A stretch of 48,749 nucleotides of DNA, the filler included, from Circinaria calcarea (taxonomy: Eukaryota), in assembly GCA_051942165.1 (NCBI GenBank). It is 2 parts of 2 records of this genome, joined end to end, with 100 filler letters (N's around TTAATTAATTAA, not from the genome) between each part and the next. Parts side by side here need not be neighbours in the genome. Positions count along the whole stretch, not along the records: positions 1 to 24,339 come from JAVECS010000106.1; 1 more part is not named here. The stretch is one strand, 5' to 3'. Below, in pieces: positions 1 to 11,838 of the stretch. The position numbers were made by a program, and so were the translations under genes. Below the pieces are notes generated by a model. It was not told the origin of the DNA. It was given only the letters and a program-made list of their open reading frames with translations, and ran no database searches. Positions within the stretch are counted from its first letter, which is position 1, and the number at the start of each line of letters is the position of its first letter.

Positions 1-91
1 CCGCTTCAAGGGCCACATCTCCGCCAGTATAGATGGGCTGAATCACATGCCCGGGTGCAAATGTTGTCGTTACGCTCGCTCTTGATCCCAT
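1..91 (-). CDS. UTP13: U3 snoRNP/SSU processome WD40 protein Utp13, N-terminus only (runs off the window)
   Basis: Manual translation from ATG at 91: MGSRASVTTTFAPGHVIQPIYTGGDVALEA, matching the 'TTF....I.PIYTGG..AL' N-terminus of filamentous-fungal Utp13. Not in the ORF track. Confidence 0.8.
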   Translation of the reverse strand, partial: MGSRASVTTTFAPGHVIQPIYTGGDVALEA

Positions 92-509
92 GTTTATTGG
101 TCAGCAGTTGTAGAGAATAGTGATATTCTACGGTGGTATGATGTTCGAAATCTGCATTCCATTTTGTTGTATGTGCCTTTGCATGTGTGCTATGTATGTA
201 GCCAAAATCAGAGTAAAGCCAGAAGAAAACGGATTTAAGGTTTGGCTTGTGCTCCCTCCTGCCGATTTTAGCGCCGGCTCGTCCCGCTGCGCCACCGCTT
301 CCAGTATCCTTGGCGCGGGATGCAGATTCACGTGCAAGAAGGGCTTAAATCCGCGTCAACAAGGCGAGAGAGCGAATAGCAACTTTGCTTCAAGCAATTT
401 CTTTGGATGCTTTCATATTTATACCAGGCAATTACAATGAATGCCGTTCATTCCTTCTAGAAATTGTCCCCCATAAGGTGTGCAGCTTTTCCAAGTTTGA
501 TCATGTAAA

Positions 510-2896
510 ATGGTCCGTCAAGGATACATAACTCGCATTGCACTGGTAAGCTTCACTTGTTCGCCTCCCTGACATCGGTTATTACTCTGCGGTGCCATTG
601 CTCTATTGAATGCGGAAGTGAATTACTGTGTGGTATCGAGATGTATATCTTTGTCTTTCTCATAAATAAAGGGAATATACTTCTAAGGTTGCCAGCAATA
701 CAATACAGCGGTTCGCAGCACTTCGTGTTGATAGTACTATTAAGTTCAAATAAACCACAACTAACCTTCTACTCGGTAGGGTCGATCTGCGTACGAGCCG
801 CCGGGTTGGCCTGAGGGACAAACGCAGCAGAGGGCAGACATATCGCAAGACCTAGGATCCAATCCGATACAACCGTCATCACCGTCGGCTGCAGCCCCTC
901 AGTACTTTCAACAGTATGACGTTAGAGGTCACCCGGAGAATCCTACTTCCAGGTCAGCCTTACGAAGGTCAAGGAAAGCTCACAATGATGTTCTCGCGAC
1001 AGTCGGCGTATGTGTCAATGTCGACAAGAACGGTAGATTGGTTTCGGCCACAGATACCACCTTAACATGCGCAGAACGCAAAGTACTCTATTCTATCGCT
1101 GTTGAAAACGAGGTAGGATTCTGGCTTGGAGCATCGACTGCCATCTTTGCTTGCTTTGCTGCCTTCCCTCAGGGACTTCGGCAGAGACTTCAGGTAGATC
1201 ATGTTCTCTGTGTTCTGATTGTTGCTAATCAATTGCAGACATATAGGCAATATTCTAGTATGTCAATGGTAGAAATATGTTGTTCCGAATGGAAGCGATT
1301 TGGGCCTGCAAAATACTTGTTTGCCGGCCTACCGGGCTATTTTCTCTTTCAGGTTCTTGACGGTTGTCGAAGTATAGCTGTTGAGGCTATTCATGATACT
1401 GTCCTAGAGCGTTTCGTATCGCCCATGAGGTCTAAACAACGTCGACTTTCAGCCAAGAGAATATTAGGCTGGATAGCACAGATGTAAGTCTAGCAGCCTC
1501 CTTCTTTAATAAGTTACCATTCTAATCAGTCTCTTAAAGACTAGAGTGGGGGACTTTCTCCCTCATTGTTCCAATTCGAATTTATTCCACCTTGCAAGTA
1601 CTTGACCTGATATCTGCGTGGCCAATACTGCCGAACCCTCTCAAAATGACCTCGGCTTACTTCACATATATTCTTCTCCCACCGTTACCAATTCGATGGA
1701 CGCCCCAGTCTTGCCTCGAGTACACCGTGTCCTTTGTATTGTCCCCACTTACTGTATTTACGCTATGGAACTACGTTTCTAACGTAAACGCGAACTTATC
1801 GAGGTATGCATCAGCGATGCTTCCAAGGCCTGATAATCCAGATGTCTGTTCGATAAAAGGTACGACGCCACAGAGTTCCTTCTACGACAGTGTTACAGGA
1901 TTAGAGTCTTCGAATGGTCTAGCCAAAAGTAAAGGTCGGACCAATGCTACTCTCTTTTCGGAGGTGAAGAAGGACATGACGGCCGCGTTCGACACAGTTT
2001 TTGAATTGGGCGCCAACGTGACACACCGTATTAAAGACACGATGAGAATAGTCCGAAACCAAATAGCTAGTGCAAAGATTGCGATTCCAAACTCTGGACA
2101 GGAAGGAAAGACAGACATGATGGAGAATCAGCTTTTGCCTGCTTCAGGTCCCTCGGCTGAGGGTCCGCCTAGGCAAGATTCAGCCCGAAATATCGAAAGA
2201 CACGAATTGCGGCCAATGGACGCGGCTGCTCCAAGCCTATCTACTGCAACACCTTCTCCGGCATCTTCCGTCTCTGACGAGGAGGAGAACATGACACTCG
2301 TATTGGAGCCAAGTACTAATGTAGTGCAAATAACTACTCGCACCGGCTCTACAGACACGTTACACATGAACGTTGAATTTGCCCCAGTAGCAGGTGTACC
2401 TGTCTATACCAGCAGTTTCTCGGCCTCTCCACGACCGGCCGTAGTTGAGACGGTGTTGGTTCAGGAGGTAGATGGTAGTGAGCATGATTCCGAAGCTCTA
2501 ATCTCTACTAACGGTAAAGTAGAGCCGCACCATAGAGTCACGGCTCTGACAACATACGCTGCCGACTGCCTCGGCCAACACCTTGCTTGGCATATGAGTG
2601 ATTTTATTTGCTTACCCCTTGAAGCTCTGTACGTCAGGTCGATTGCTCTAGCCTTTCTCGCCGCATCGGGTCCTTCGCCGCTCGCCCCGAGACTCGGAAC
2701 TGCCGACATCTATCCAAAGAGGAGTTGGTTTGGGCTTGGACTAAGGGCGTCGGGCTTGAGAGGCATAGACGACTACATGGGAAAGATGGTACTCTGTCTA
2801 GGGATCGAGATGGTTGTTCAGCTAGGCGTGTGGCAAATCGGAACAGGTATTGCTTGGTGGGCAGGGAAGCAGTGGTTCCGTTGGGGCAAACTCTGA
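510..2896 (+). CDS. Conserved Pezizomycotina uncharacterised membrane protein, possibly a degenerate mitochondrial-carrier fold
   Basis: Exons 510-545 (MVRQGYITRIAL), 780-1193 (GRSAYEPP...YDVRGHPENP...AHNDVLATVGV), 1239-1483 and 1540-2896. Introns 546-779, 1194-1238 (45 nt, in frame) and 1484-1539 are all GT..CTAAY..AG and join in frame. Several hydrophobic helices; ends ...WFRWGKL. Confidence 0.8.
603..734 (+). other. Long imperfect RNA hairpin inside intron 546-779
   Basis: By-eye pairing of 603-654 with 666-734 gives about 46 pairs, 7 of them G-U. Confidence 0.65.
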
Positions 2897-4151
2897 GGGA
2901 ATCCTCGCAGCTCAGGTGAAATGTTTATTGATCCTCGAGAATTTCTGCAACGGCGCTTAGGTGGTTAGATACCTGGTATCTTTTCAAAGAGAACGTTTTC
3001 GATCAGCGAACCAAACACGACCATCACCGCTACATTACGTAGTCGATGTCAGCGGCAGCGAAGGGAATGCAACGGCACAAAAACCATCTCGAGTTTCTTC
3101 CCCCTGAGCCTATGCAAAAGCGACGTTTTGTCTCGTCAAAGTCGGCCATAAGTAACCGGCCTGGCTATTATAAACCATCATTTAAAGAAAATTAAAAAAT
3201 AAGTATCACAAAAGTCCTTGTCATATCGAACCCTCAAAAATAGATAACCCCAGCCCAAAAAAAGGAGGGCTATCAAAGGATTTTCGGTGCTTCGCATTGG
3301 GAGAGGAAGGAAACTTACAGCGAACCCTCAGGAATAAAATAACAAATTATGACTTAAACACTAATTTTATTTCAATTAGATCTTTATTTCGACTGGGCTC
3401 TATTGAACCTTTGGACCCACAACCCACATCATTTATTTAGAATTTTCTATTTGCAACCCTCCGATACAACAAGGCATGTAATCATTATGAGACTTCACCG
3501 TTTATCAAGCTGAAACCTGGCTCCGAACCCTGCCCGAACTTGCTGCTGAAAAATGAACCCGTTTTTGGAGTGGGTAAGTATTCTCGTTACTCTGTTGATC
3601 CTCTGCGGTAGGTCAAAACCCTTTGATAGATTTCAACCAACTCGACCAATTAGGAGTCTTGCTGGTGGCTAGGGGTGCTCCGTGTTGAGGTATATACCTG
3701 TGAGCAATAGTAGTTTGACCTGCTTTGGGTTGTGGAGTGTCGAGAATGAAAATTTCTGCAAATTGGGCAATGGTATGGCAGCTTCGAGGAGGTACGGTTT
3801 GAGATGCTAAAGGTATTTTAGTTTGTTGCTTCATTGCTTTCTCTCTTGTCACACGTGTGGCGAAGTCACAAAGGAATGACAAAAGTTCTACAAGACTCAT
3901 TCTGGCTCATGGTCATGACTGGAAACCGGACTCTCCTCTCTCATACATGGTATTCTTCTATGCCTACCGCACTTCTGCCCGAAACTATGAATTCCCCTGC
4001 GGAGCAATCTACAGATATAGCATCCTGGATCTATCTCGGGTTCCCCAAACTCTGTAAACGGTAATTACTCGAGGCATGGTGGTTTTGGACTGGATGGGTC
4101 TGCACCGCCTGGAGCTGGAACATACATTGATTCTCTAATCATGCTCGTTGC

Positions 4152-5952
4152 CTACCTCCCGCTCTTCTTCTTCACCTCTTTCCTTCGCTCCCAGACCATG
4201 AGATAGCTTTCTTTCGTGAACAGCGTTTCGGTAGCAACCCGCTCAACGTACAGGTCCTGTATTTCTAGCCATTCGTCCCTGGCCCGGTCTTTTACCTGGA
4301 CACGCCACACCTTTTTCTCGGCCTCACCTTCCACGCTATCATCCCTAGTCCGAACAGCTTCGTGTGTAACGTTTGCTACAAGATCATACCATATTGGTTC
4401 ACCGGGAGGATGTACAGCTGGATTCGGTTCCACATATGGGGACATATCCAGTGAGCGCACCGGAAAAGTGACAATGGTGGGATTACGCTCAGTGACGAAC
4501 TTGTTTTTGGAGAATCGCTTAATGTGAAATAGGAGGAAAGGCGGCAACGGATGCAAAAGTCGATATCGTTTCCGAGTACTTAGGTGCTCCTGGGCTTTGA
4601 GCCCGTCGTACTTAGACAGGATCGCTGTCAAAGGTATCTGCGAACGTTAACAGGGCTCTTTCGACATACAACCCCTTCCTTACTTGTGGAATGATATTCT
4701 TGTCCAGCTCATCCTGAAATAAAGGTGCCGCAGGGAGGTCTAATGTAAGCATTAAGTATCGGCTCGTGTCTACCAAAACCTCTGCAGCTTCTTCAAAGCG
4801 CAGCCGGTCGCCAGCATCTGCTTTTGCGGTGATCTGCTGGCTCTCCACCTTCAGCTTCCCTTGAAATACTTTGTGAATGATGCTAGTACCTGGCTTGGTC
4901 TTACTGCCTCCAAGGGCAAGATGTAGATTATTGAGAAACCAGCTTAGGAAATCCACCGGATCTGATTGGTGCAGCAGATCAAAACGCTTACTCGACTGTC
5001 GCGATGTTTGTTGGAGCAACTCGTGGGGAGAAACATGAGACTTGAAAGCGCGGGTGTTCCATATCTTTCGTACAAGTACCGAGAAGCGCTGTATAATCTC
5101 CGGCTTCTGCGAGAGATCCTCTAGCATTAGATAATTACGCAAAGGGGGAATATGAGCGAGGGCCTGGATTATAACGTTGAAGTAATCATTATCCTTTATG
5201 TTGTTCATACCGACAAAGCCTGCGAATCATCAGCAGAGGAGAGTATAGGCCAAGAGGTAATCTCCCATACCGGGGCGATACTTCTTGCCACTTAAATCCC
5301 ATGCATCCTTGCCTTCCCTGTCTAACCCGACCACCTCGTCCTTGGAAAGCCGCGGATCTACCACAAACTTGATATCTTCTAAGCTCTTGCTCTTCACCTC
5401 GTATCCTTCTGGCAGTACGTACACCTTCTTAGTCTGCATGTTTACATATACATGATGCCCCACTTCAAGCGCATGGAAATAGGCTTGGGACTTTGGTCCT
5501 CTACCTTGGAAGTATTTGCCGCAAACAAGACAAGCGTAGACATTGATGTTGGAGAGTGTGACCGAACACAGCTTCTCGAAATCAAAGTCGAGAACGGCAC
5601 GATTGACGGTATCGAGGTATAGGTCTGTGTAGCCCTCAAGAGGCGCCGCCTGCCTTGCTGGCGCAGAGAATGCTGACTGGTCTTCTTCTGGTTCTGGCGA
5701 CGGCGAAAGTGGATCGACCCCAGCTTCCAAGAGTTCCTCTTGTTCCAAATCCGCTGCAGCTAATATGTTCAGTCCATTCCTTTCGTCCTCCTCGAATTGG
5801 CCGATGATAAGGCCCGAAGGGACTGAGCCGCCAGCTGAGCCATTGTCTCGCGGAAAGTTTTTAGGTACTGAAAATGTCTTCAATTTCTTGGTCGATGGTG
5901 AGTCCGTACGCGTCACCTCTTCTAGAGCTTCTTCTGCAGGTCTCTTGGCCAT
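4152..5952 (-). CDS. SAD1: U4/U6.U5 tri-snRNP protein Sad1/USP39 (ZnF-UBP plus inactive USP domain)
   Basis: LYLDTVNRAVLDFDFEKLCSVTLSNINVYACLVCGKYFQGRG zinc finger. NNIKDNDY box has Asp in place of the catalytic Cys, as is typical of Sad1. Introns 5220-5270 and 4638-4683. Confidence 0.95.
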
Positions 5953-6089
5953 ATTGGATAGCTGTTCACAGCTTCAAAGCAGTTAGAGACTGCTTCGGCG
6001 ATTAAGCGAGCAAATTTCAGCCCTAAATCTATATAAGGGCCGGGATACAATTTGACAGAAAAGGCCGTCGTGCAGTCTCTACTGCGAAG

Positions 6090-6098
6090 TACGGAGTA
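6090..6098. promoter_or_regulatory. TACGGAGTA intergenic motif (further copies at 16415-16423 and 24620-24628)
   Basis: Exact 9-mer seen three times, always in intergenic DNA. Function unknown. Confidence 0.35.
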
Positions 6099-6237
6099 CT
6101 GGCCTTTACATAAATTAATTTGTAGGCCGACGATGATGCTAATGAACTCCTTGCATTTGAGATATGACGCTGCACAAGATGCTCATTCCCCTGAGCAGAG
6201 GATCCCCCGATCCAGAGACTCCAGGTAAACCATTAGG

Positions 6238-7069
6238 CTATGCACTTAGTACAGGCTTACTACTATCATATTCTATTTCTCGGATGCCGTCCTTATCCAC
6301 TACCTTCACCAACATCTACAAAGCATGGTTAGCAAATGATATGATTACGGTCCCAAAGGAGCAATCCGCATACCCCTTTAAAGTCTATCGGTAACCTCCG
6401 TTGCAGCTCATCAGTACACATCCGCAGAATCTTCATACCTTGCTCGAAATTGATGTCGGGGTGGTGGTGTTTGTCCAGTATTGACAAGCAGTAGTACCTA
6501 TGATCACGGTGTTAACGTTGCAGTCACAGAGGTGCGAATACTGAAAACTATGAAGCTTACTGCGCATAGCCGTGAGCTGCATAGGGCAGAGGTGCCAGTG
6601 CTGCTAGGTAATCCAGCCAATATAAACTCGGCTTTTTGGTGATAGGGTCCATTCCGCCCAGTAGCAGGTTCACGGTGTATGGTTTCTTTGACCTTAAGCT
6701 CTTCGCAAGCTCCCCTCGTACAAAATTGGCAACGGCAGATGGTCCGAGATCGGCATCATTCCGCATAGAATAGAGTTGGATATTAGCCTGGATGTATTCG
6801 GCGAATTGTACTTGAAGCAGATTATCAGTTGCGACTCCTCTCGATTTCTTCCGGGCCTTCTACCTGTATCACCAGCTTCACCAGAGAAAGCCATCAATGT
6901 GTGTTTATTTAGCTCCTTGGTCTTATCATCAGATGCCTTCAGAATTGTTGCGCCTCTCATCGCCGCCTTTGAGGTCGCGACCAGGGTAAAGTCCTTTCCG
7001 GTGATTCCAAGTAAAACCTCCCTACAGAGTGTTAGCACAAACACCAGAAGGGTCATTGCTGACTGACAT
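6238..7069 (-). CDS. PRE1: 20S proteasome subunit beta-4
   Basis: [12 protein letters not shown]...[16 protein letters not shown]...[10 protein letters not shown]...[20 protein letters not shown]...RLPIDFKG. Exons 7069-7068, 7021-6864, 6810-6561, 6497-6374 and 6315-6238. Confidence 0.95.
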
Positions 7070-7331
7070 GATGATTAGTTAATGAGTAGTTCAAGATAGA
7101 TCTTGGTGAGCCGTTATCGAGGAGAGTATCAGAGTTGGCTACTGACTGTACTTTGTTACTCCGGACGCGTGAGAGCTTGATGCCTTAACGGCAAGCTTAG
7201 GCGAGGCAAATGATCGACGGCGCCAATATTTCCCAAAGCACGGACCAGCTTGAAATCTAAAGTTATCGACTTTTCTGATCTGCTGTGGGAGCAGGAGGGT
7301 AGGGGACACAATTGTATAGTAACCTCTTGTA

Positions 7332-9150
7332 ATGTCTTCCTTCTTTACACTTTCTGCTTTACAAAGGAAAAGAAAACGCGGCGATGGAGTTGGAGAGAAG
7401 TCCATCAAGAGGCGAACCACAAGTCTTGGTGCTACTGGAAATCCACGAAAGCCAAAATCAGTGCCGCCCAAGCGAGACGAGTCAATATCAGGGAGTGGAT
7501 CGGAGGGCGAAGAGCTCCCTCGGGAGGTGAACGGGGATGAGGATGAGCATACCGGCAGCAGCGAGTCGGACCAGGAAGACGAGACTGGAGCGGAACGAAG
7601 GTTAAGGCTTGCGGAGCGGTACCTGGAAAACGTCAAGGGCGAGGTGGACAAGGTAGGATTTGATGCGGAAGAAATAGACCGAGATCTCATTGCAGAAAGG
7701 CTGAAAGAGGATGTGGTATGTCAATGATCCTACAGCACTGAACAGGTGCTAAGATATCCCACAGGCGGAGTCCAAAGGCCGGCTCTACCGCCGAATTGCT
7801 TCAGAATACGACTTCGCCCATGCAACAAGATGCCAATTCCGTGCCGATACGCTTTCTACAACCTCGATAGCCACGTGCTTTCCCCACGCCTACACGGTCT
7901 CCAAAGACATGACCCTCATTAAATGGGAACTCCCTATCCCCTCACCACCTCCCCGCACCAAAGGAAGGTCACCTAAGAAGCCACCGCCACCAATTCGACG
8001 CCGTCCCATCAAATTAGCCTACACGAAAGGTAACGGCCATAAAGCTAATGACCCAAAATTCATACACCATACCTCCGCTATTCTAGCTGTTGCCGCTTCC
8101 TCTGACGGTCGCTTCGTCGCAACTGGCGGGGCAGACAAGCGTCTTATCATCTGGAATGCTACGGATCTTTCTCCCTTGCGAGTATTCACACAACACCGCG
8201 ATGCTGTTACCAGCCTTGCATTCCGCCGAGGTACCAACCAACTATATTCTAGTTCCAAAGACCGGACAATAAAGACATGGAGTCTCAACGAGCTAGCTTA
8301 CGTAGAGACACTGTTCGGACATCAAGATGAGGTGGTCGACGTGGCTGCACTCGCACAGGAGAGATGCTTGAGTGTAGGCGCACGGGATCGGACAGCGAGA
8401 TTATGGAAAGTGATCGAGGAAACACAATTAGTCTTTCGTGGTGGAGGCGGGGAAAAGAAAACCAGGAAGCTGGACAAGGACAAACTGGCGGCACCAACCT
8501 TTATTGAAGGGAGCATCGACCGGGTCGCCATGATCGACGAGGAAATGTTTGTGACCGGCTCAGATAATGGCGCCTTATCGCTATGGACTATCCACAAGAA
8601 GAAACCCGTTTTCACGGTTGCCGTTGCCCATGGTATTGATCCGGCCTTGAAGCCGGAAGAGGCTTCCGCGGAACAGGATCCAGACCCCAAGGTACCTAGT
8701 CCCCCTCAGCCAAGATGGATAACGGCGCTGGCAACGGTACCGTACAGCGACCTCATCATTAGTGGTAGCTGGGACGGTTGGATCAGGGTGTGGAAAGTCA
8801 GCGAAGACAAGCGAAGAATTGAAGCAGTAGGTGAGGTTGGAAAAGTAGACGATGTTGATGGAACGGGGCATGCACCGATGGCAGATGGTAACGGTAAGAC
8901 CGGGGTTGGATCTGTGGATACAGGAGTGGAAGAAAAGCAGTTGATCAGGGGTTTCATCAACGATATATCGGTTTTGGAAAGGGGCGACAGGGGAAAAGAT
9001 GGCTTGTGCGTTGTTGCTGCGCTCGGAACGGAGCATCGCTTGGGGAGATGGAAGAAGATGAGCGGAAAGAATGGGGCAGTAGTCTTGGAGGTTTCCAGGC
9101 GTAAGCCTATGCCGGGAAGCCTTATAGACATGGACGGAGTGGTCCCTTAG
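7332..9150 (+). CDS. RRP9: U3 snoRNA-interacting WD40 protein Rrp9 (U3-55K)
   Basis: AERRLRLAERYLE...DRDLIAERLKEDV N-terminus and WD repeats (YVETLFGHQD, SVGARDRTARLWK, EETQLVFRGG). Intron 7716-7764. Confidence 0.95.
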
Positions 9151-9620
9151 AGGCGGAGGGCGGTCTGCACTAGTCATGACTTCAGCATCTGATCCAGCCA
9201 AGATGGAGTACTCCCGGGTCAGCTAGAATTATTGAATATCACGCAGACCACACGGTAACCGTAGTGGGGGAAGTTTTCACGCACCGCACGTCTGTACAAA
9301 GGGTTTGTCAGACGAATGACGAGAACAGACACTATACATCAAGCTCTTTGGTCTTGAACATGCAAATAGCTAATACACACTGTATCGCCACCTGGTGTGT
9401 GGCTAAAGCCCCGGCAATGCAGTTCATTTCCACATGAATGTCATGTTATCCAGTAACTCCAGCTCCGCAAATGCTCGCTTGCAATACAACCACAAAAAGT
9501 GCTGCCAGGCCGCCTTGCGCCGCCCGCCATGCAATAAATGCTTCTCCTGTCGTTTCCTTGGCAGCACACTTGAACATCCTGCACCTCCAATGAAGCCTGT
9601 TAATGGCCGCATGGTGGGTT

Positions 9621-11838
9621 TCATGAACCAGCTCGAGTTGTAGAATCACGATCCATATTTCGCCTCCGCCACTCGGTTTTGGTGTCATGTCTTATCCTCC
9701 GTGATGTGTTGCTATAGTGCTCTATGTGTGGCATTGCTTGTGCTTCTCTAGACTGTAATTCTCGGCGAGTACTTGAGGTTGGCCATGTCCCTCGCGATGC
9801 AGGAGAACCTTGCGTACTTCTTAGACTGAGATTACTCGAAGATTGATTCCTAGCCTGCGAGTGATCCCCCACGTCTCTCACTGTAGATGATGTTTGACGA
9901 GAAGGGAGATCGTTCAATCTCGTATCGGATCTAGACTGAGAATCTTGGGGAATATTCGATGTAACGTTTCGAATAATAGATGGATCAGCAAACTCAGAAG
10001 TCTCAGACCTCAGGGGACTTGAGCCAATGTGAATGGGCGACTGATAACTTTCTGATGTCCGCCCGGTGGAGGACTCGATGGTGGCCGGAACTGGTGTTTG
10101 CTTTCCAAAAGTCGCAGATCCGCTACTACTGCCCTGGCGTTTGCGTGGACGGTATGTGTCCACATCAGAAGCACTATCATCGTCTGACAGGCCAACCACA
10201 AGACGTCGTTTACGAGACCGTGGGGGAGGCATTGGAGAATCCGATGACTCCGATTCACTTTGGACAAATATTGGGTCGGTGGTAAACCTTCGCTCGCTTC
10301 TGGCTCTACCGACGCCTGGTTGCCGATTGGAGATTGGCGGTTTGCTGGTCGACACCGAGCTAATCCCGGGTGCTGGCAATACCTGCCCACCCCCAAGAAC
10401 GTGTGATGGAGAGATGCCCCAAGATGGACCCCTCAGCCTCCGACTCATAGCGGTCTCAATTCCATCCGAATCACTCTCGGCATGAGACTCGGTTTCAGGG
10501 CTTCCTTCTCCGCCGCCCTCCTCCATCAATGTATGGGAATTGTGGCGACTCTGCCCTGTATACTCTGCATCGTTCCCACCGAGCATGGGCGAGAAGTTGT
10601 ACATCGAATGATCCTCAGTAGCATCTCCCTCCCCTTCACCGTCATCAGCTACGAAATCTTGCAAAGACCCATCCTCCTCCTCCTCCTCGCTACTGTCTCC
10701 GTCATCATCGTCGTCATCTTCACTCGTATCCATCGATGTTTGCGCTTCATCTTCATGGTCGTTTCCATCGTATGTTGTCGCAACGTCGGACAGCATACTA
10801 GGGGCATACTGACGCCGACCTACAACGTTTGAGCTGCCATTGCGTCGTATTGGTTGTCCCAACAAGCCTTGGGCAGCGCCCCTCCCAAAGGTAAGCTCCC
10901 CTAAGGTGTGTTCGTAATCAGTATGTACCGACTGACCATCTTCATCTAAGGAGATGTCTTCATTCCACCCCATTTCAACTAACGCCGCATAGTCTGCGTC
11001 CTCATCAGTGATGGGGTGGCCGTAATGGTCGTCAGAAAAGGAAAGGCGGCCGGTATCCGATTCACCGTCGTCTGAAAAGCTCAAGTCTTCCCCAGAAAAT
11101 TCTTCGCCGTCAGATCCGTAACCCACTCCGCAAGCATTACAGTAGCCGTCTTCGAGCTCCCATGTACAATTGGGGCATCTAGTAACCCCATCCTCTTCAT
11201 CTCTGATCGTTGGACGAGCCCCCTGCAGCCTCGCCTTGAAGCAACCCCTAAAAAGTCCTCCAGTTCTCTCGTCCAAGTTGGCTTTGTCCCGCTCTACGAT
11301 AGTTGCTTCTTCCTCCTGGCATTTCTTGTGGTCCTCGGTGCTTTCCCCGGAAGCCATTAGCTCAGCCCGACTGGCGAACAGTTGGGCCATCTCCCGAACC
11401 TATGCCAGATGTTAGTCAGATTGTCGGTCCAGTCAAAGGCCCAATCGGCATTATACTTACAACATAAGCTGGTGCAGGTTGTTGTAATACTTTTGCTCGG
11501 CAGTCAGGACATGTCTTATTGGAGGTGTGACTTGAGAACCATTGGGCAAGACAGCTGTAGCAGAACGTGTGACCACAAGCTATGGTGTATGGTTCGTACA
11601 TGGGTCGTACACAAACTCGACAGGACACAAGTGATCGTAGATCCTCGACACCTTTCTCCAGCATCTGTAAGAGGTCTGCAGAGGGATCATAGGCAACTGG
11701 GCTTGTGGACGATCTGTGCCATTGTACTTTATTGTTACCGGATACTGGATTAGTTCCTTGCGGCACTTGGTCCTGTGTTCCGCCAATTTGGATGCCGTGG
11801 CTTGCAGAGCCTTGCCCGCCTCTACCCACGGTCTCCAT
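9621..11838 (-). CDS. C3HC4 RING E3 ligase, Psh1-like, with a second Zn knuckle and an acidic/Ser-rich tail
   Basis: CRVC..PMYEPYTIACGHTFCYSCLAQWF...CPDCR, then D.EDGVTRCPNCTWELEDGYCNACG and a long D/E-rich region. Intron 11400-11460. ATG at 11838 follows a likely 5'UTR acceptor. Confidence 0.85.

Noticed and set aside
2885..2896. C-terminal GKL as a peroxisomal PTS1
   Set aside because: A weak variant directly after a membrane helix, with no supporting context.
3571..3580. Minus-strand ATACTTACC resembles the U1 snRNA 5' end
   Set aside because: No U1 stem-loops follow. It is the complement of a GTAAGT donor-like sequence.
2900..3580. Telomerase RNA candidate (AACCCT motifs, U-run plus 5' splice site)
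   Set aside because: No 1.5-repeat template such as TAACCCTAA, and the region is much shorter than known filamentous-fungal telomerase RNAs.
5170..5208. Missing catalytic Cys in the Sad1 USP domain
   Set aside because: A known family trait, not novel.
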